64,000 bases of DNA from Laetmonice hystrix (taxonomy: Eukaryota), in the NCBI GenBank assembly GCA_965235115.1, contig OZ249436.1, positions 55,864,001-55,928,000 on the forward strand. Reading direction: 5' to 3'. Shown here in pieces: positions 58,342 through 64,000 of this stretch. The translations under genes were made by a program, and so were the position numbers. The notes beneath the pieces are model-generated. The model searched no databases. It was given only the letters and a program-made list of their open reading frames with translations, and was not told where the DNA came from. The stretch's first letter is position 1; every line of letters begins with the position of its first letter.

Positions 58342-61300
58342 GGGAGTCACTACCCAGAATGCCTTTCGTTATTTTCCTGCGACCGTTTGCAAGGTTACAA
58401 GACAAACGCCACTCTAACTCAAGAACCACTGGTCACCAATTTTGCCCCTGTTTGACAAGCTACAAAGTCATCGTCCATGGGGAGAAGCAGTGCCAAAGCA
58501 GAGGTAACAGCAGCTGGAATGGTTTAACCACAACGGTACGCAGTATTCGAATGTCTGTGGGATATCTTACCCACAGGCTTAACGACATGGAGAACATTTC
58601 TACCAAGTCGGGAATTTTTACGTGACTTAATAAAGGTACTGACAGTGGAGGACAACCTACCAAATTTTTTGAGGAACAGAGATCGGTGCTGATAAAATAA
58701 GATGAATATGTCAGGTTGCCTCGGCATCAGAACAGCACCGATAGACTTTTGAATCTGCTTCTTCCATCATCTGACTTGAGGACTTGTAAGTGAGAAGAGA
58801 GCTTGAGCACTTGCAGTTTGAAAATTGCAGACTTTGCTCGAGTGATTCTTAGAAGGAGTGGGAAACTTTAAATCTCTTGTTTTTACCACACAATCAAGGT
58901 GTAACATTTCTTTCCTAACTCTATCATGCTTGATGAACCATGATGCCAGTTTCACAAATGACTTGAGCAGTCGCTCCATGACCTACCGATGTGACGTTAC
59001 AACTTCTGTAGTTTACTTTAAACGTTCCTTCCATCATTTTCTGACGTTAGGAGCAGTGTTTGGGTTGCAGTACATGTATTTTAGTTTCTAAGTTGTTTAA
59101 AAAACTATAAATAGTACCGTAGTTGTTTTTAGTCAAGGTGGAAACTTATGTTAATTTCTTGTATTATCCTGTACTAAACAAGAGCATAGCCAGACAAACT
59201 GTCTACTACAGTCATGGTGTCAATCATGACCCCAGAGCAAGGGTTAAGAAAGTTTGATGCCACCTATAGGAGGTATCGTTAACATCATGATAATGAGGGT
59301 ACAAAACGGTGAAGCTCTGTTGCATCAATTCTTCATACTCTGGCTGATAACCCACCATACAACGTACAGCTACAGGACGTGTAGCTGTTTGTGATAAATG
59401 TCATTGTGATGCGCATCAGTGTAAACATAAAATTTACTCAACATCACACGATGGCTGGACTGAAAAGTTAATACTAGATTTCCACCTATTTTTTTTTTCT
59501 TTCTTTCGAATTCTTAACGGGGTGAGGGGTGCCGGGGATTTGGCTATTGGATAGCCTGTAGATCAATATAGAATGATAATACATTTTGTGATGATCAACT
59601 GCAAGTGCTTAAATGATAATGATGGTTTAAGATTCTCAGAGCACTGAAAAGGAGTAACCTTGTGCAATCGCGGATATTGCAAAAAGATTGTGATTTTGAT
59701 GTCAGAATTCTATCATATTTACAACTTGATTATGCTTGTACATAGACGAACTTGACCCGAGTGGTAAACTAAGAAGAGGTAGAGTGCTATCTACCCGGTC
59801 AGGATATGGACTTTTTTCAACTTCTTATCCATGGATGCAGTATTCAGTCCATAACCCAGGTAGATGGAAGTACTATAGCTCTACCGAGAAGTACTGGAAC
59901 TATAAAAAGGTCTGGCTTGTCAATGTTACACGATCAGTAGTTCAAAAAAGTTGGATCAATCTGTTACTTCCATTGAATGATTAATTAATTTCGAGGACAT
60001 TTCGATGTCATACGGCAGAAAATATCACAATTATTTTATTTGTTTCTATTTATTTAGTAACACTTTGCAATGTGTTTTTTTTTCAAATGAGACTGCTGTA
60101 ATTTCAACATATCAGAAGCTTCTTTGGTCCAAAGCAGTGAGGCTACTGATCCTTGTTTGGCCTTTGAATTTCTGTTTCAAAGACAGGCTGCAAGAGGAGT
60201 TTGATTAAAATTTTAATAAGATTACCCGTACTTTAACTGAAATCTCAGGAGTTACATAAAACAGCTGCGTTACAGAGGAGCAGAAGGTCTTCAGAGAAAG
60301 ATAATATATTTGCTAGTCTTCAATTTATGTGCCTCTATATCTTCAAGATGGACCATGAAGTAGAATGAATGATCTGACCAAACACTGGGTTTGCTATCTG
60401 CAGGGTCTAATGACAGATGTAATTGATGATGACTTGCTAAAGGAAGGTATATCTCTTGGAAATCTTACTGTGTTGCTGAAGAGAATATACAAATACGATA
60501 TCCTAAGGGTTGAGTTTATTTAGACTTACAAATGCCGTTCAGTTGAGTGAAGTGATGTTTCGTTTCTCTTGCCCCATGAGAATATGAGTTTGAGAATTAC
60601 TGACTAAAACTGGTTTGTACATGTGCATGCCTCCCTGTTACACGGCCGGCCCATCATGTGTTGATGGAAGACATGAACTTGGCATCAGTACCATACCAGA
60701 ATAAAACAAACCCCCATCTATACCTGGGAGCCGCAAAGAAATTCTTTGAGGGTTCACTGCTCTCAGGGAACATTATAAATGTTGTGAACCAAGTCCCAGT
60801 CCAAGAAAAAAAGTAGGGGGGGGGGGGGAATCAGACTAAATGGACCATCGGGTAGTACGACGGACACGTAGCAATGAATTAGGTATCGGCAAAACAGTAT
60901 TAGGCTTGCCAGTGGGAATCATGAGATTTTTTTATTATTTTTAAATAAATAAAATCGGCTGTTGGCTGGCATTAAATCATATCTTTTTTTTTAAACATGA
61001 ACCTGGCATTGTCAATGTAAACTTTGAATATGCCACTGTAATGAAGGATAATCAAGTTGTGAAACAAATGGAACACGTTGCAACTGACATTGACCAGACT
61101 TCAGTGTATGGCCGAACTGTTGGAAGGAAATAAACGGTGTAATTTGTGACCTGCATCTTATTTAACATTTTGTGAGATTCCAATAACAAAAAATTTGTGA
61201 GCGTAGATGCGTTTGGAGCGCCATCTACCGATTGCTTCGGACATTGTAAGGGGTGGTGTTTCAATCTCCTCCCAGGTGGCGCTCGGTTCGTGCCTTGGCG

Positions 61301-63904
61301 GACCGTTTATTCATACACGTTCATTGGGGAGTTGACTTATACACATTGAGAAAAAGCAAAAACAAAAGTTTGACAAGAGTGTCAGTGACTGCGCTGTCTC
61401 ACATTCTGAAGAATCGAATATGCAATTATAACTAATTGTATTTAAATTCTGCGACACTAAAAGGACAGATATCCAAAGTAACAGTTTGACTTTCGGATCT
61501 ATCAAGTAAAGAGATTGCATGAAAAACCATCCACGTATCCTATATATAGGCCTATACAACTTCACATGTAGATCTTCATGAATAGTTCTAGCGTTTTCGG
61601 GGATGTCGTTTGCTTTTAAAACCAGTGCGAGAGCCTAGATGCATAATTCGGGTGATGGCTAAGAAAAATGGTCCTTATAGTTATGATGAACCAGAATGGT
61701 ACAGGAAATGCTGACGGTCGAAGGTGACGTGTATACTTGATAGCCTACATATTTAAGCGCATGATGTCCGGCATTGGTGGGGAGGGGGGCTGAAACTCGA
61801 GTAAGGGATAGAAACAACTGTCATCGTCAAAAAACGATCTTGCGTGCTTGCGTGAGACGGAAGAGGCGGCCGACCCCGTTTCCGAACATTAACGACTTCT
61901 CTTTCATTTTCTGTGTTCTTATTTTGGAGTGGCCCGACAAAAGCGTTGAATTTAAATACATTGTAATGGCCCTATGAGCAACCAGAATATCTGAAGAATA
62001 ATGGTGTAAAGATATTAATCTCCCACCACAAAGATAAACGCTATAAATTTAGGCTATAGATCTACGCTGATATACATCTTGATCTATGCGCATATTTAAA
62101 GGTTGAAATTAGGCACTGAATACGTTAAATGCAAACTGCACGAATATGTGTTACTTTGATTGCATTGAATACCGAGGAGTCAATAGGTCTGTTCAAACAG
62201 TCGACACGGAAAAGATTAAATCCCACACTAATAATGGGAAGTCCCCCGCCCCCGTTTGAGCTCGAGTTTTAACTTGATCGATGCATGTTTAAGTGTTAAA
62301 GTTCATCCATCAGCACCATTAAAGATCTATGTCCACATATATCCTCGCTCAATGCAGCTTAAAAAGCACACTTAATCCAATTGCGGTTTGTGCCTAAAAG
62401 TGGCCCAACTCTTACTGCACTAAAAATGTTGTGACCTAGGCCTATAGGCCCAACTCTATAGCGAGTATAGAACGTTCGATTGTTTCGATTATTTCGACCA
62501 CACTGTCTCGATCTTGTACCACAAAGAAGCCTGTATTAACGGACTCAACGCCAACGATCAAGATAAGTGCTTTGTTTTTCGCTTATTAGCCACGGCGCTA
62601 AAAACAGAAGTCCGCGTGGACGAGATGAAAGGCGACCCCCAGCGGTGACTTTAGCCGTTATCTTCTGATGTCGCGCACCCCGCGCTATGACACATGTTGC
62701 GATGTTATCACAGTTTCACCGTGAATGCCTCGTCTAAAATACCGGCCTGGGCAGCATATATAACTGTTGACCGCGGTTAATCATGATACTGTTCTCTTGT
62801 CTCGCGTTCGTTGACTGCAGAAAGCCTGCCGACTCTACGTTCACTTGTTCACCCCAGTGTGTTCACCCTATCGTCTCGGTCCCGCCCCAAACAATAGGAC
62901 TTCCATATTTGGAATAATGAGGAGACATGCAGCGCATAGTAAATGAGACAAGCTGACCGTGTCCTACTTCCTGTCGAGCTGCGAGCGAGGCTGCTGGGCT
63001 TAATACGGACCCGTATATATATCCAGGAGGGGACACCGAGCGAGGAGGCACCTGCCGAATCTCGGGAGATTTGACCTCACTATCTGCTCCATAAAGGACA
63101 AACGGATGTCATCGGGACTAGATTATGGCATAAGGTAAGACGTTGATGATTTCTCGTGGGGAAATTCCCCGCAAATGTTCAATTTAGAGGCGATTCACCG
63201 ACCCATGTTATAGCGTCAGTGGTTGGGAGCCTCGCTGTGGTGTGCACTTTCCCAGCATAACATAAGGATAAACAGGGGGAGACCGACCAATATATAGCCT
63301 GCCGTGTTTATGAGGGTTCGCATCCGATCAACCTGTAGACGGTTTCCACGTTTATTTTACAATTTTTAAAGAAAATAGCATTACGATATCACATATTAGT
63401 CGTTTCTGATCAAATATGAGCACGTATCGATCGTGCAACAGACATGCGTCTATCGATAACAAAATACGTCGATCGTGCACTGGCGGCACCGCGTTCGTGT
63501 GAACGGCAGGCGAGTCGGTATGGTCGGACGATGGGGGCTATCGAATAGCGGGTTCGTCGGCATATGAGCAGCGAGGGAACTTCTGGTCATATTTACTTAG
63601 GTGATACGGATGGAAGCCTATTCTTTCTGTAATAATTACATGTGTATTATCGTATAAGATTTCATTCAGGAGCGCAGTGCTCGTATAGGACTATTGTTTA
63701 TAATGCCAAATGGTATACCATTATGTGTATTGCAGATATCGCTGTCCTTGCAGTGTACAAGTCGAGCCCACCGGGTCGTTCCAGTGAGCGAGCATGACAT
63801 CGAAAGCGGACTTCGGGGGCCTCTGAATATAGGCTAGCGTCCAAACCCTCGATCAGTGCGAGGGTTTGGCAAAGGGTGCAGCAGCAGGAGGCCAACTGGC
63901 CATC

Positions 63905-64000
63905 ATGGGCAACGGACTAGCAAAACTCGACAGTCTCCAGCCTGTCCATGTCGTCATGCTAGGGTTGGACTCGGCAGGCAAATCGACGGTGCTTTATCGC
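63905..64000 (+). CDS. ARL4: ADP-ribosylation factor-like 4 (ARL4-type small GTPase), N-terminal 32 codons, runs off the right edge
   Basis: MGNGLAKLDSLQPVHVVMLGLDSAGKSTVLYR: Gly2 myristoylation site, ARF-family P-loop GLDSAGKS, and ARL4-like H-x-VMLGLDSAGK-x-TVLYR. Too short for the ORF track. Confidence 0.85.
   Translation, partial: MGNGLAKLDSLQPVHVVMLGLDSAGKSTVLYR

Noticed and set aside
58342..61140. Short ORFs downstream of 4E-BP
   Set aside because: No motifs or consistent splice structure; best explained as a long 3' UTR with AATAAA candidates near 60700 and 60950.
1..64000. tRNA, rRNA or snRNA genes and prokaryotic or phage systems
   Set aside because: None recognisable by eye; a covariance-model scan (tRNAscan-SE, Infernal/Rfam) would be needed to exclude small RNAs.

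Overview
Intron-rich, AT-rich animal genomic DNA, probably from a bilaterian invertebrate (species not identifiable from sequence alone). Most entries in the ORF track are exon fragments or noise, so I rebuilt spliced gene models by hand from splice junctions and reading phase. Six genes are supported. (1) Flightless-I (minus strand, 5' part only, runs off the left edge). (2) A MiD49/MiD51 (MIEF)-type Mab-21-fold gene with one coding exon, head-to-head with Flightless-I. (3) A MARF1/limkain-b1-like gene (RRM + 8 LOTUS, about 1441 aa) with no NYN nuclease visible. (4) A 24-exon otoancorin/stereocilin/mesothelin-family GPI-anchored protein (about 1332 aa). (5) 4E-BP. (6) The first 32 codons of an ARL4-type GTPase at the right edge. 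Intergenic and intronic DNA carries many non-autonomous DNA transposons, including a three-level nested Harbinger/Kolobok-like cluster, a Helentron-type HINE with an ~800 bp (GTCC)n tract, and several MITEs, plus minisatellites. The most notable signals are: a tandemly duplicated 117-nt Flightless-I LRR exon pair that looks mutually exclusive, with four UGCAUG (RBFOX) motifs in regulatory positions; two candidate in-frame Flightless-I microexons; a MiD-type protein that keeps acidic residues at the nucleotidyltransferase catalytic positions; and a nuclease-less MARF1. Family assignments come from recalled motifs, not from database searches.
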